A stretch of DNA of 64,000 nt from Octopus vulgaris (GCA_951406725.2 OX597830.1:6262001-6326000); one strand, 5' to 3'. Counted from the stretch's first letter, positions 1-15,530 are shown. The notes: generated by a model not told the origin, from the sequence alone. A program made the numbers and translations.

Positions 1-568
1 CGATAAAATTTGATTTTCGAATCAGAAAAATATGAGAAAAATCATGCGTTGAAAATTGTTGGAAGTTGTGTTAAGAAGTGACATAAAAATACTTAGGAAA
101 TACGCAAAGAATGTTAGAAGGAAATACAAAAATTACAAGAGAAATTGAATGTTAAAGGTGAAATGAATAAGTCGATAAAGAACTTGAGGAACGGCAACAG
201 GTATTATCTAACGTAAATTTTCGTGTTGAAACAATTTTTGTCACCTTGATAATAATCAAAACAAAACGTAAATAGATAAGGAAGGGAAAATAAAATAAAC
301 ATCAAGAACAGAAATTGGAAAGTAAAAATATAGCAGAATAAAAATAATTTGTTGAACTCTGAAGATGATAATTCCTATGACATCATCACTCTTCGCAGAA
401 GTGATAGGATCCAAACTTTATGTCACCTTCGTTTATGAAATTGCTTTTTCTATACGCTTATTGATTTTGTAAACTTCCTTATTTCACATTTTATTCTTTT
501 CTTTTTTGTATCATTCGACTTCAGTACAAAAGCAAAGAAAAACCGGTAGATGCTGATTCTCTCCTTGC

Positions 569-616
<48 letters not shown>

Positions 617-930
617 GTACTCAAGAGATTTGAACTTGAGCCGGTAGAATGGTAAATGCAATGACAAGCAAATTAAACAAGTCGATTTACACAGAGTATT
701 AAATATATCTAATAGAAGAAAAATGTACATTTGTATGGATATACAATAGTTCGACTTACAGAATAAAATGACGTTAGTAGTTAAATGGTTAGCGTTTTAC
801 GATTCCAACAGCTATTTTTGGGGCCTTGATGGTCCGGAATAATGATAGTTACTTGGGTCATTATTGGATAACACCGCCTCCGTCCTCAGGGGAGAATTTT
901 ACATTTGATGTGCTGACAGGATGGAATCAT

Positions 931-1241
931 GTAGACAATCCCGCTCAAAAGGTTCTTAAATAAGAGTTATTTAAGGATGTTGAACGAAACACCCATGTTC
1001 CAGAGATGAATTATTCAACACATGGCTATGATACTCCCTCACTACTTCTGCTCATGATCAGAGATGCACACATCATAAGCCACTAAGGGACATGCTCAAC
1101 TGATTAAGGTCAAACAACTGACAAGCAAATCTGGGGTATTGAACAGAATATTTGCTGTAGCCCATCTTTTATAAAAAGACAAAATATGTACATAACATTT
1201 CCAATCAGTTAAGATAAGAAGCCATGTGAGCCAGTGCTTGG
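931..1241 (-). mobile_element. Partial, older copy of the ~560-bp element
   Basis: Reverse complement matches the 5' ~60% of 21775-22351, for example GAATATTTGCTGTAGCCCATCTTTTATA. Confidence 0.75.
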
Positions 1242-1560
1242 GCCTGGCAGAGCAACCGGGGGGAGACTACCGGTTCTAGAAAAACTCTACAGGCATGGAT
1301 GTGCTGTCAAAAGGACTTCTCCGAGGTGCGCGCAGTGACGAAACCGTTCTGAACGCCCTCGTTCAGTGTCCGGGCATTGCTGACTTGTTGAACAGCTGCT
1401 CTCAAGTGTGTGGAACGGATCCGTCTGTCGGCCGAGTCTTTAGTGGTGATCGCACCACTGCTCCTTCAATCAAGCAGACAAGGCAGTTTTCTTTTACCTG
1501 ATGGCTGTGGCAAAAGAGGTTGTTTTGTAGACAAAGCTGAAAAGCATGAAACACAATAAA
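1242..1560 (+). mobile_element. Tx1/L1-clade LINE C-terminal (zinc-knuckle) fragment
   Basis: AWQ...LPVLEKLYRHG..SPRCA..DETVLNALVQCP (degenerate CX2C..H..C), then YLMAVAKEVV. Confidence 0.6.
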
Positions 1561-2454
1561 GTAATTAATCGCATTCTACAAGTGAAAAATGAGATTCCAG
1601 TTACCGCTGGAAGTTTGTGCAGTTCTACATTTTATAATTCTTTTCCTTTCAGTCGATATGAATATTAACCAAATCAGACATTAACATCAAGTCTATAATT
1701 TTTATTTCGTTCACTAATTAGATTTTCTATAGTTATTTAACAAGGGAACGCTTATTGAATTAAATATATATATATATTCACTATCGAACTGCAAAGTTCG
1801 ATATGTTGCAGGCGATTCAATTCCGAGATGAATCCATCACGGATATGGACATTATGGATATTGTTATAAATGAATTCATCTCGGATGTTATATTTGGTGT
1901 TGTTGTTGTTGTTGTTGCTGCTGCTTCTGTTTTTAGGAAAGATGGATATGGGAAATACTTCTGGCTTCATCCTCTGCGACTTCAATATTTTCTCCCTAGA
2001 TGTTCAACGTCTCTCCCTCTCTTTCTCTCTCTATACCTGCATCGTCTCTCCCCCTCTCTCTACACCTGCATCATCTCTCCCTCCCTCTCTCTCTCGCTCT
2101 TTCTCTCCCTCCCCTCTCTCACTCACTCCCCCCCTCTCTCATGAATGCCACTGCTTTTTGGAGTTATTTCCGAATTAAAAGTTTACTCTTTCCATCCGCA
2201 ATTGTTTTAAGCCTAATTCCTTTAATGTAGTTTCCTAACCAGACCAAACCAGACACCAAACACTACGTCCTGAGCAGTTACAATCCACAATCGTACCTTT
2301 CTGAAGGTCCTCCTCCGTTGTGTTTATTTCCGCTCGTATTGATCTTCAAGAATTCAAGGTGAGTCTCTACAGAACGACGACACCAGTCCATACAGTTTGC
2401 GAAAGTCATGGTCACTGCATCATCAACCATCTTATGACTAGCTCTTATATATAC

Positions 2455-2509
<55 letters not shown>

Positions 2510-2829
2510 ATACATATACGCCTATATTTATCTAGCTAAGTAGGTGTGTATACAGAAATATGCATAAAATGCATATACCTGTATATAAATGTATATATAT
2601 ATATATATGTGTGTATGTATACATATATATATGTGGGGGGTGTATTGATAGATAGATGGATAGATAAATAGATGGATACATTCATACAGACATACATACA
2701 TATATATATAGGTATATACATACATATATGTATATATATATGTATGTATGTGTGCACGTATATATGTACGAGTGTCTGCGTGTGTTTTTTCTGCGTGTGT
2801 GTATGTGTGTAATCAGACCGTTTATCCTT

Positions 2830-3215
2830 TCTCGTTTCTTTTCCTTGTTACAGCCCACTAGGCTGCGCCCATGCTGGAGCACCACCTTGATGATATGCTG
2901 TCGAAGGAATCGACCACAGTATTTATTTTATTTTTAATGTTTGTTGTTAATTTTCGGTTCTTTTGTTGAACTGCTAGGTTACGAGAACGTAAACTCAGCA
3001 ACATCAGTTTTCAAGCTTTGGTGTGTGGGGTGGCAAAAGATACATATGTATAAATACATATACAAGATGGGCTTCTCTCGGTTTCCCTCTCCCAAATCCA
3101 TTCTCAAGGCATTGACCGGGTCGAGGTTATAGTAGAAGACACTTGCCAGAGATGCCACGCATTGGGACTGAACCCAGAACCATGTCGTTGGAAAGCAAGC
3201 TTCTTATCACACACC
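2830..3215 (-). mobile_element. SINE family 1, diverged
   Basis: CCATGCTGGAGCACC tail and GTAGAAGACACTTGCC...GGACTGAACCC head. Confidence 0.75.
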
Positions 3216-4346
3216 TGAGAGTTACCAATTTCCAACGTAAGCAACAATAATAATTAGAATATTCCTAATATATTTATTTACAATTGGTTTCAACTTTTGG
3301 CAAAAGACCTGATGCATGCTTATAATTAAAAGCATCTTATTGCTGAAAATAAATCTTTTCAGAAAACCATATTTAGGCTGAGCTCTTAGCTATGTCGTCC
3401 CTGTATAAATATACACCCTTACATATGAAAAAGAATATTAAGTAAAATATGAAAATTTACAAGCAAGCGTTCATGTGTGAATTGCATTTATGGCGTGCGC
3501 TGAAGAAATTGTTCTTATATAATTCTTGCTTAAAATCAGAAATTATTAAGAATTTATGTTGGTATGTTGAAAAGGTCATTCAAGAACTGTCATATTAGCT
3601 GTATATAAAGCTTGAAATGAGCAACAATACATAATTGTATTATCGAGCTACGTTTCCTTTGACAGCAGATGACATTGAAACAAAGAGATGTACAGGATGC
3701 ATTGAAAAGCAAAATACAGTCTCGTAACATGTGTATGCATTCAAATACTTCGAAAAACGCTTTACTACTTCACTATTCAAATATATCTGAGATTTCATAA
3801 TATCAGCAACTATAAGTTCGATTGTTTCATTATAGAATATAACTCTCTTCATTACTGATTATGAATTGTGTACCATCTCGGGGAAACGTTTACCGTTATA
3901 TTAGTTATAATATAGTCTTTTGTAATTATGGACAAAAGTTTTAAATTATTGAATTCTTGCGGACATAACTATGGATATTCATTGAAGAATATCCAATTAA
4001 CAACTGGCTAGCAAGTATTTCCTACAGAATGGATTTGTCATATCCTGAGAAAAGCACCCGACATTTCAAAACTATTTAAATATCTATCAACAATACCTCG
4101 TTATCAACTACAATGGCTTCCCTGGTCATCTCATTTATTCTTATGTTATGAAGATTTCAGGTGTTTTGTATAATACGAAATACATACAACTATCCCAAGT
4201 TTCTGAAGTTGTTAACGGAAGACTAAATACCAAATATTTCGCTAACAGTTTTAACAACTAATAAACATTAATTACGTTAATAAGTATAAGATAACACCCT
4301 AATGTTGACTACTATAGCTTACCTAGTTCTAATAGTGTTTGCACCC

Positions 4347-4412
<66 letters not shown>

Positions 4413-4415
4413 GGA

Positions 4416-4511
<96 letters not shown>

Positions 4512-4724
4512 GAGCAGATAGAGACAAAGAGAGGAATAATTTCTCAACCACGTGATCACGGGTTCAGTCCCACTGCGTGGCACTTTAGGTAAGTATCTTC
4601 TACAATGGCCTACTATAGACCAAAGCCTTGTGATTGGATTTGCATTTGGTTGACGGAAACAGAAAGAAGCCTGACATATATTTATATGTACATATATATG
4701 TGTGTGTGTGTGCGTGTATATATA

Positions 4725-5250
4725 TCTATATATATAAAACTCTAGTTGTGTGAGTGTCTGTCCCCTTCGATTTAGATTCCTAACTCCTCCCACATTTTGC
4801 GGTGAGTTTAACCAAATTCGGGTATCTTATAGTCGTGATTAATATCGAGCCCGTCTGGCTATTAGCGCGCGTCTACGATGAGTCTACGATTTTAAAAATA
4901 ATTTAACATAATTTTTTATTCCATTTTAATGCATAATTTTTCGTGTGTCGATGGCGGCGGAGTTGGCGTCCATGCTCAAACACCTGCACCTGTGTTTGCT
5001 TCTCCCCTCCCTCGTGAAGCTGTGGGGAAGGGAGTATAAGGAAATCAACGTCGTAAAGCGTTGTCAAGGAGACCAGCGTTCTTTTAGAACAATGACTTCA
5101 TGGCTTGAAGACACTGAGTCAATGATTTAAAAAAAAAATTATCATCATTTTTTATTCCATTTTTAATGCATTTTTTTGCTATAACTCTCTAAAAATGCTT
5201 ATATAGTTATTTCCCTTACAAACCCCAGCAACGCCGGGCGATACTGCTAG
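4725..5250 (+). mobile_element. Non-autonomous Helitron
   Basis: A|TCTATATATATAAAA at the 5' end. GC hairpin CCCCAGCAACGCCGGG then ...CTGCTAG|T at the 3' end. Inserted between A and T with no TSD. Confidence 0.8.
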
Positions 5251-6218
5251 TATATATATATATATGGGCAGATTATGGCGTTGAGATGGCAGAATCCTTA
5301 CCGCACTGGTCAAAATGCTTTGCAGCATCTTGCCGTCTGCACGTTCTGAGTTCAAACTGCACCGACATCGACTTTATCTTTCATACTTTCGGGTCGATAA
5401 AATAATAGCATTTTATCCGTCTTAACGATCCCGGGTCAAATTCCGCCGGTGACAACTTTACCTTCAGAAGTTTATAAAATAAGTTCCAGTTGGTGCCCTG
5501 GAGCCTATCTAATAGACTTACCCTATTCCAGAAATTGCTGGGCTCGTGCAAAAATTGGAAAGCAATATTACTTTTAATGCGACGAGATGGTAGAATTGTT
5601 AGCAGTATTTCTCTCGGCTTACCATGTTGAGTCCAATCCCTGTCGAGGAAGGAAGCAAACTTTGCTCTTGGGGTCAATGTACTCAACTTCGCCAAATCCA
5701 CCACCAGAATTACTGGTCTGCAACCTGTAACAGATCGGCATCCCTTTCAATTCATTCATGTAGGAAAATCAGGTGACTGGCCTCATTGAGTCAGGGTCGA
5801 AAAGAATATTAATTTTATCAATAGGGTATCAAAACACACGTAACTCAGTGTTATTCTTGTCCAAAGTATTTCTGAAAAGTCTAACTACGCCATTAGCATA
5901 TATATTATATGGTAATATAATGTAATATAATATAACACAATATAATATAATGTAATATAATTTACCATGATATAATATAATACTATAACATGAAACAGTA
6001 TTAGTGAGAAGTAAAATAAATAGACATTAATGCCATGTACGTATGTTTACATATCTCTCAACTGTAGAGTAATGTGCCATGGTTATAATATCTTGTTGAA
6101 GATAACGAGAATTTATACACCTATGTCACGTTGACCCCAATATAGATATATATATATATACATACCTCTGCGTGTGTGTGTGAGTGTAAGAATATACATA
6201 TATATATATATATGTATG

Positions 6219-6332
<114 letters not shown>

Positions 6333-6806
6333 GATTCACGCACAAATATGTGCATATATGGACGTGTGTATGTATGCACGTACGGGTTTATAGACACCAA
6401 TCAATATTTATGCAGAATCACTGAGATACATGCATATATCATTATGTCTTGTAGATCTTACATGATATTGCATTTTCAAAAAGATAAAAACCTATTCGGA
6501 TCAAGTGATATTATTTCCTGTTTAAAACGGAAATGAGACGTGAAACGCATATAAACGATGCGTTGACTCCAGGATATTATACGAACGTGGAGGGACTTCA
6601 TAATAGTGTTTTCCTACATACTCGCTACTATTACTTGTTAAAGCGGCTAAACATCCTCCTGAGCATATTATATATGTACACTCACATATACATACATATA
6701 TGCATACATATATAGGTATAAAATATATATGTGCATACATACACATATATATATGTATTTATATATATATATATATGTTTGTGTTTATGTATATATATAT
6801 TTATGT

Positions 6807-6860
<54 letters not shown>

Positions 6861-7322
6861 CTGTGTGTACATATATATATGCACGTATACATAAAGGTGA
6901 GTGTGTATATTATCACCATCCGCAAGAATAATGATGATTATGAAAGAAAGGTAACAACAACAATGCTAACAGCAGCAACAACAACAATAACAATAATAAT
7001 AATAATAATAATTCTCCTTATTATTATTATATACACCTATGTATGTGTGTGTGTGTGTGTATATGTGTGTAAATCTAAATATATAATTATATCTATACTC
7101 ATCTATCAATATACATGTATACATGTATAAACAGGTAGAAGAAAAATCTATCTATGAGTACGCATACATGCAAATACCCGCACACTTACACACACATACA
7201 TACTTATATATGTATATATATGTACAAACATACATACATTTACATACATATAAGTATGTATATATATATATATATATATATACCTATATACATATATATA
7301 TATATACATGTATTTATGTATG

Positions 7323-7379
<57 letters not shown>

Positions 7380-7502
7380 TGTGTGCGTGTGTGCATCTAT
7401 ATTCTTCACTGGATATATTCATATTTATTTTAAGAGATTTCACAAAATCAGGACTCTTTCATGAGTTATTGAATTGGATTCTATGCACATATCCACAACG
7501 AC

Positions 7503-7543
<41 letters not shown>

Positions 7544-7763
7544 TACACACAAACCTACATGGACTCATGCACACAAGCACACATAAATGCACACGCATAA
7601 ATATATATGCTTTGATACACGTACACACAAATATAAGGTGTACTTTATATGTTGACACTTTTAAAAGTACAGAAGTTTAGGCGTTTATACATCCATACCA
7701 CTGTATATATACATATATATATATGTATGTATATATGTATATATACATATATGTATATACACA

Positions 7764-7819
<56 letters not shown>

Positions 7820-8049
7820 CATCCATGTACATATATGTATGTATACAGATATACATACATATGTGTAGATTAAAACAGATATGAAAAAGCGAACGGTATG
7901 GCTAGAGTTGAGAAGGAAATTGAGCTATATAATAAAAATGTTGTATATAGTCTCCCTAGAAAGGCAATCACGTGGTAGTTTTTGTGGCCGACCGAATTGA
8001 ACGCTACGAGTGCATTCTTGTTACTTTGAATCACGCTGTATTTTATATA

Positions 8050-8095
<46 letters not shown>

Positions 8096-8339
8096 TGTGT
8101 GTGTGATTTTTCATATAATTACAAACATAATCTTTTTTTACTCTAGGCACAGGGCTCGACATTTTGGAGGAGGGGGCCAGTTGATTAGATCGACCCCAGT
8201 ACGCAACTGGTACTTAATTTATCGACCCCGAAAGGATGAAAGGCAAAGTCGACCTCACCGGAATTTGAATACACATGTATGCAAATGTTTGTGTGTGTAT
8301 ATGTTGACCTGCAATGAAACGCTTGTATACCTATCTCTG

Positions 8340-8386
<47 letters not shown>

Positions 8387-8489
8387 TTGCAAGTATATTT
8401 TGTTCGACTGGTAAATATGTTTATGTCTCCTTCTCTCGCCGTACATATGTATGCACGTCGATATGCATACATACACACACATACACACA

Positions 8490-8557
<68 letters not shown>

Positions 8558-9340
8558 CATATACACTGGCCTGGCTGTGTGGTAAGAAGTTTGCTTTCCA
8601 ACCACATGCTTTTCCGTTCGGTCCCACGGTGTGGCGTTTTGGGCAAGTGTATTCTACTAGAGACATCGGGTGGCCAAGCCCCGAGATTGAATTTGGTACA
8701 CGGAAACTGAACGAAGTCCCGTCGCATATGTATATGTGTGTGAGTGTGCTTGTATGTATGTATGTATGTATGTATGTATGTATGTATGTATCTATGTAAG
8801 TATTATGTATGTATGTTCAAGTAGCTATTATCTTCAATGGGTGCACATATGATTGTATATGATAGATTTTTTCGTATATAAAATACTGTATTCCATTATT
8901 AATTAATTAATTAATTAATTAATTAATTAATTACAGCATGTATTATTATACTTTGAAAATTAATAACTGAATAAAAGCGACGCTTTCTCTTAACACTAAA
9001 GTATAAAAGAGTTACATTCTTTACAGCATTTCAAATATATATTAGACCAACCGAGCTTAACACGTTTATAATATAACCTACGGAGGCAATCATATAAATC
9101 TGGAACCTTCCAGCAATGAACGCCGAGTTAGTTATCTCGAAACACATTTGAGATCCGCAGGAAACAGACACTGTCTTATATTTCCCGGCAGCGTCCGGTT
9201 TAAAAAAAGAAACTACAATAGGTTAATCGTTTAAAATATCGCGGAGGATTTCCTGTTCTAATAAAGCGGAGAACCATTTAGGAGTTTGTTTATTGTAAAT
9301 TATAGAAACTATTTTAACCATGTACATACATATATATATA

Positions 9341-9401
9341 TTCATACTTATGAAAGGAGATATATATATATATATATATATCATACTTATGAAAGTAGAT
9401 A

Positions 9402-9432
<31 letters not shown>

Positions 9433-9451
9433 TCATACTTATGAAAGTAGA

Positions 9452-9485
<34 letters not shown>

Positions 9486-9516
9486 CATATATATATATTC
9501 ATACTTATGAAAGTAG
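9341..9516. repeat. Four copies of hairpin unit TTCATACTTATGAAAGTAG separated by (TA)n
   Basis: Copies at 9341, 9381, 9432 and 9498. Confidence 0.85.
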
Positions 9517-11736
9517 ATATATATGTATATATATATATATATGTATATAACTTCATATGTATTAATGAATACACACATACATACGCACATACGTACATAG
9601 ATATGTATGAATATATATATGGGTTTATATATCCTTGTATTTAGATATATATATATATATACATATAAATGTTTGTATAAAAGCACATATTTATGTGTGC
9701 GTGTGTGTGCAAATGTATACACACGAACATGTATGGATGTACATAACACACAAATGCACACACACATATATATGTGTTTATATATACACACACATACATA
9801 TATATGCTTATACCTGTCTAAATGTACGTATACACATCTATTATTTTCATACTTATGAATATAAGTATGAAAATGTATTAATATATATCTATCTGTTTAT
9901 CTATCAATCTACCTACCTACCTACATACCTACCTACCTACCTTCCTACCTACCTTCCTACCTACCTAACTACCTACCTAACTACCTACCTATCTATTTAT
10001 CTATTTATCTGCCTATCTATATATATGTCTGTCTATCTCTGTGAGTGTATGCATGTCTTTGTCTGTGTGTGTGTGTGTGTGTGTGTGTCTATGTTTTAAT
10101 GCATATATATATAGGAGTACCCGCACACATACGCACGCGCACACACACACACTCACACACTCACACACACACAGAATGCCAATTCGCCATTATGGCGTTT
10201 TATATAAATTTTTGAATTATATTAGATATTTTTAGTTTATATTTATGGTATGTAGTAGCGGGTCTACGTCGGTTTCGATGATAAATATTGAGTTGATTGC
10301 TCCTTCGAATGGCTATCTGAATTAGCGAACCAATCCGCCGAATATTTCTCAGACACCTGCACCTTACCAAAATTCTCAGAGGAAATCAGCGTTTTACACA
10401 ATATCACGAGGTAGAATCATTAAATGACAAATTTTGAGTTGATATATTTCTTTTAGCCTGAGGAGTCTCGTCGTTTGAAATGAACCCAGAATATGACCCT
10501 ATAGGGCCTGCAAATGATGTTGTCTTCCAATAATTTTGGAGTTTTGATCTATGTCACATTTAGAATTGCGGTACTTTTTAGTATTTCTCAGTATTTCTAC
10601 CGGAGCTCTTTTTTCTTATATTTTTACTACTTCTGGATGTAGAAAGCTTTCAAGATGTTATTGCTGCCACTTGTGTAACAACATTGTTATATGCCTTGCC
10701 CCATTCGTAGTTCATCTTTGTACAGACCCGACTGGCAAGATGACCGTTCCTTATGATAACTTCTGTATTTATTCAGGACCACACACATCATTCTTCGTGA
10801 TCCCATCGTTGATTACCCCTCTACGGTCTGATACGACGATGTCTAGTGTCGTTACTAATACATTTAACCCTGACCTTGTATTTCGTCGTCCTGTCATCAC
10901 TTTAATTATACTGGGACACAAATGGATGTTTGATTTTCATCTTGAAACCATCACATAAGTATCCCAAAGATTTATATCGGTCAAATGTTTCTCCATGCAT
11001 CAGACATCGTTAATTGTAGCTTGTTTTTACATTGGTACAAGGAACGTGAAAATGTTCGGCACCATTAAAAATTGCGTATTTTAATTTAAACAATTTTTCC
11101 TTGCCGACATCTTTTCTGGAAAAATACTCATTTTCATTATTTATGTTTTACAAGGAATACATGAAAACAAAGACAAGAAACACCTGACGTTGTTGAATAT
11201 TCGATCAGTATAATACCACTATCACTAAACAATTCAGGTATATTACCATTATTACTAAACTATGTAGGTTTAATACTGTGTGAACATAATACCATCATCG
11301 CTAAATTATTTGGTTATAAAACCATTATCACAAATAATGTCCCCATTTCATTACGTCAATATTTTCCAGCATGCTTGTCTTGTGATAGAAAAATATTTTT
11401 TTTCGTTTTTTCACAAGTCTCTCGCTTGCTTTTTCATTATTATGCTTGTTGTTGTTGTTGATTTTTCTATGATACTTTTTTTCTTTGTAGACGCCATTGT
11501 ATGCAAATGTCTGAATAAGAAACAAGAATAACCCACCTTTGTGGTATTTTCATGAAAACAAACTCCAGACTTGATGAGGATTCTTCTTTATTTTGTAAAA
11601 TTCTAAATGAAAATAAAAAATTTAACCATCCACTTCGCTAATGTTAACTTCTCTCTATTTTTAGCGTTGAAGGGCTACCAACAAACATGCCGTGACAGGT
11701 AAACTGATAATAATAATATTAATAATAATAATAATA

Positions 11737-11816
<80 letters not shown>

Positions 11817-12399
11817 AAGACTGGGTTTTTTGGCCCTTTTAACTGCGATTTTGGTCCTGATCAACAGCTTGGTGATAACCTGCCGGAACTCGATCAGATA
11901 CTCCCTGCCTGCCGTGCCTCATACCTTCACTGTTAACAGTTCCAAACTCGTTAGCACAATTGTTATTAATTTTGACCCCCCCCCCCTCATTTAGACGTAA
12001 CACTTGTAGCACTAGTACTTTTATCCTGACACCATCACTAGGTGGGTTGCTAGCCAAGGCTCCAAGATTCCACACCTACCATCGTGTACACTGTTTTTAG
12101 TGCCAGTCTCGTTCAATCCATTGTTTTATATTTTTGTATTTGACATTTTCACTCCTGAGAAATTTGGGGTTGCGTTGGCATTACCATAGGTGTTTTTATT
12201 GAGCCTCCTTCTCTAGAGGGGATGCCAACCAACATTGTATTTGTCGAGAAGAAAGGGTAAGAGAGGTTTGATCAGTTGTCAGGACAGTATCGAAGCATAG
12301 AAAAACAGCATATAGTGGTATATAAAAATTGCCGTTGAGCCACTGATGAAATTCTCGAAGAAGGCTGACAACATCAAAACTAAAAATTACGTAACGAAA

Positions 12400-13064
12400 G
12401 AAATATTTAAGCAAGAAATTAATAAAAAAAAGGGAAAAAGAAAAAGAAAAAGCATGGAAGGAAAAAGTGTACAGTCAGTTTGAAGTGATGTGAACGCCAA
12501 GACAGATACAGAGGACCGGTGGCTATGGATGAGATGGAGTGACCTGAAGATAGAAGCACTCATATGCGCATAAAAGACAGCACTACCGATAGCAACATAT
12601 GTAGAATGTGTGGTGAGAGGGGTAAAACTGTATTGTACATCGTTGCGAATACCCGAAATTGGCACAACGCGAATACAAAAGACGTAATGACAAAATAGCG
12701 CAAATGATCCATTGGGAGCTCTGTGGAAATCACGGCCTACAAAGTGCAAAGACGTGGTATGAGCAAACTCCAGAAGGAGTCACCGAAAATATGAATTGCA
12801 AAACCCCGTCGGATGCAATGATCCAGTGCGATCAACCGACCAGACACCGGAAACCGGACATTGTTGGGGGTGAATAAAAAAGAAATGACATGTATGATAA
12901 TCAACAGAACATGCCCCGATGACAACAGGATTAATGCGAAAGAAGAAAAAATAAACAACTATGACGATTTAAAATGGGAGATACGAAGATTATGGTCAAT
13001 GAAGAGAGTAGACGTGATACCAATAGTAATTGGTGCCCTTGGAAGTATCAGCATTCAACTACCA
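12400..13064 (+). mobile_element. R4/Dong-type RLE non-LTR retrotransposon fragment (zinc knuckle + restriction-like endonuclease), decayed
   Basis: CRMCGE..; LAQREYKRRNDKIAQMIHWELC..WYEQTP..RKPDIV; CPDD..KEEKINNYDDLKWEIRRLW..VIPIVIGALG, spread across frameshifts. Confidence 0.8.
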
Positions 13065-13381
13065 TAGTTATGTGTTGAGAGGAATTATTTGGGGTTTGAA
13101 TAATTCGCCTCTGGAAACATGGACCTTTTGTTCATCATCCTCAAATAACCCTTATTTTCAGCGGTATGGGCTACTCGACCTGAAGAAAATTCTATCTGGG
13201 CTCCCACCTGCAAGGTCATGTGCTGTTTATCTTGATACGAGATCACAAAGTAGCGCTACATACGGTTGTGATGCATGTGTCTGGCGTACCCTGATCAGTC
13301 GCGTACTCATGATGGATCTATTAGGGTTCGTATATTATACCACCAGTGTCACTTTGATGGCACGCGCTGCTCCCTCATTCA
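13063..13381 (+). mobile_element. Partial diverged copy (3' half) of the ~560-bp element
   Basis: TGTGTTGAGAGGAATT...CACCTGCAAGGTCATGTGCTGTTTATCTTG...CACTTTGATGGCA, followed by AAT repeats. Confidence 0.75.
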
Positions 13382-13633
13382 AAAATAATAATAATAGTAT
13401 CAATAATGGATTCTTGCTTGGGTTATAGGCCTGCAGTGTGGAGTGGGGAAGGTAAGTCGATACACTTAAAACTATTTCATGCTCTGCAGATTATTATGTC
13501 GATGCCAGAGAGACGTGGAATAGAAAGTTAACCTCCGTAAGAATTGATCTCACATGGAAAAAGTCCTTGAATAAATATTAGTCGGTATTTAGTGCAACGC
13601 TCTAACGATTCTGCCACCTTGCAGATTTTAAAA

Positions 13634-13762
<129 letters not shown>

Positions 13763-14204
13763 CGGTAATGGTATAGTCTGTTTGTGTTTATAGGGAAAGA
13801 GAGATAGACAGAGAGAAAGAGAGAGCTTGTATATGTATGTGTTGTGTAATATAACTTTAAAGTGGAAAAGCAAACGCCATATTGTTAATTCAACTTTGAT
13901 GTCGTTGTTATTCTGGATTAAACAATGTGTTGTAAATGTTAGTCTAATTTGGCTATACTTTTGTCGCCTCCATCACTAGAGAGGTTTTATGTCAGAGTAG
14001 TTCCATTGATCGTACTAATCAATATATTCAAATAGAAATTACAAGTGTCTGCTCTTTTGCCGTTCGTACAAAATATGTATACATACAAACAGACACACTG
14101 GTGTGTATATATATATATATATATATATACATGCATACGTATATCAATAGTGAAGCATATATTTATAAAGACACACATACTTACATTCATATATGTAAAT
14201 ATAG

Positions 14205-14249
<45 letters not shown>

Positions 14250-14630
14250 GTGTGTGTGTGTTTGTGTTTGTATGTTTGTGTGGCTATCTCATTTCATTAA
14301 AATTTGTATCATATATAGTTAGATGTAGGCTTGTTTACCGTAGAGAATTACGTCTTTTGACAAACATATATACACATCTATTGACAAGTTTCTCAATTAC
14401 TCTCTCTCTCCTTCTCTCACTCTCTTTATCTCTCTCTCTATCTCTCTCTCTCTCTCTCTGTCAGTCTCTTTGTTACTCTGAAAGACCCTGACTCTGACTC
14501 TTTGACTTTCACCATCTTCTTTCTTTTGTCTACCTGCCTGCACCCACCTCTATCACCCTCCCTCACGTTCGTCTCTATTTCATATATAAATGTGTGTGTG
14601 TGTGTGCACATGTGTGTATCTCAGTGTGTG

Positions 14631-14682
<52 letters not shown>

Positions 14683-14865
14683 TCCATGTATAGAAATGAT
14701 TTATAATATATATATTTATATTTATATATAAAAGGGCCTTTGTAACTACATAAAGGAGATTCAATGTATTTATAAACATACACGAATATATGTGCACATA
14801 CAAACCTACATATATGTATATGGGTATATATATATGTGTGCGTGTGTGTGTGTTTCTGTGCATGT

Positions 14866-14922
<57 letters not shown>

Positions 14923-15530
14923 TGAAATTTCCTCTATTTACATAATATTGAGGTCTCTTTCTTTCTTTTATTATCTTAACGTTTTACAAATATATATATA
15001 TATATATATGTATACATATATATAAATACAAATACACACACATGTATATACATATATAAGGGAATATGCGCGTATGAGTAAGTGTACGTGTGTGTGTGTG
15101 TGTGCGCGTGTGTGAGTGAGTGAGAAAAAAGCCATTTGAATAGACTGCGGACGGATATAGTGTTAGCCCAGTAATGGAAAGTGTAAATATAATTATGTAT
15201 CAAAAGCAGCGGCCATGATGTGTTTTGTAAACCACAAAAACAGTAATAACGACGACCTCACAACAACAACAACCAAGTTGTTTTTTTCTATATTTCTTTG
15301 TATGCGTGAGTGTGTGCGTTCATGCGTGCGTGTATGTGTGTGTGTGTGTATGTGTGTCTGTGTGTGTGTGTGTGTGTGTGTACAACTACATCTAAAAATG
15401 TTACAAAGCTGCATAATAAAAAGCGAAAACCAGAATGAAATAGCAAAGAAAATCCTGAAGGAATCAAAGAAGGTATATAAAATATAGAGGTAGAAGCCAC
15501 TTAAGATATAAAAACAGCATTAAATGAACT

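Noticed and set aside
9341-9516. CRISPR-like repeat-spacer pattern
   Set aside because: The spacers are only (TA)n, there are no cas genes, and the context is eukaryotic.
10440-11100. 135-aa ORF 10551-10958
   Set aside because: No recognisable domain. The opposite strand has faint APE-like traces, so it is probably an old LINE but too decayed to call.
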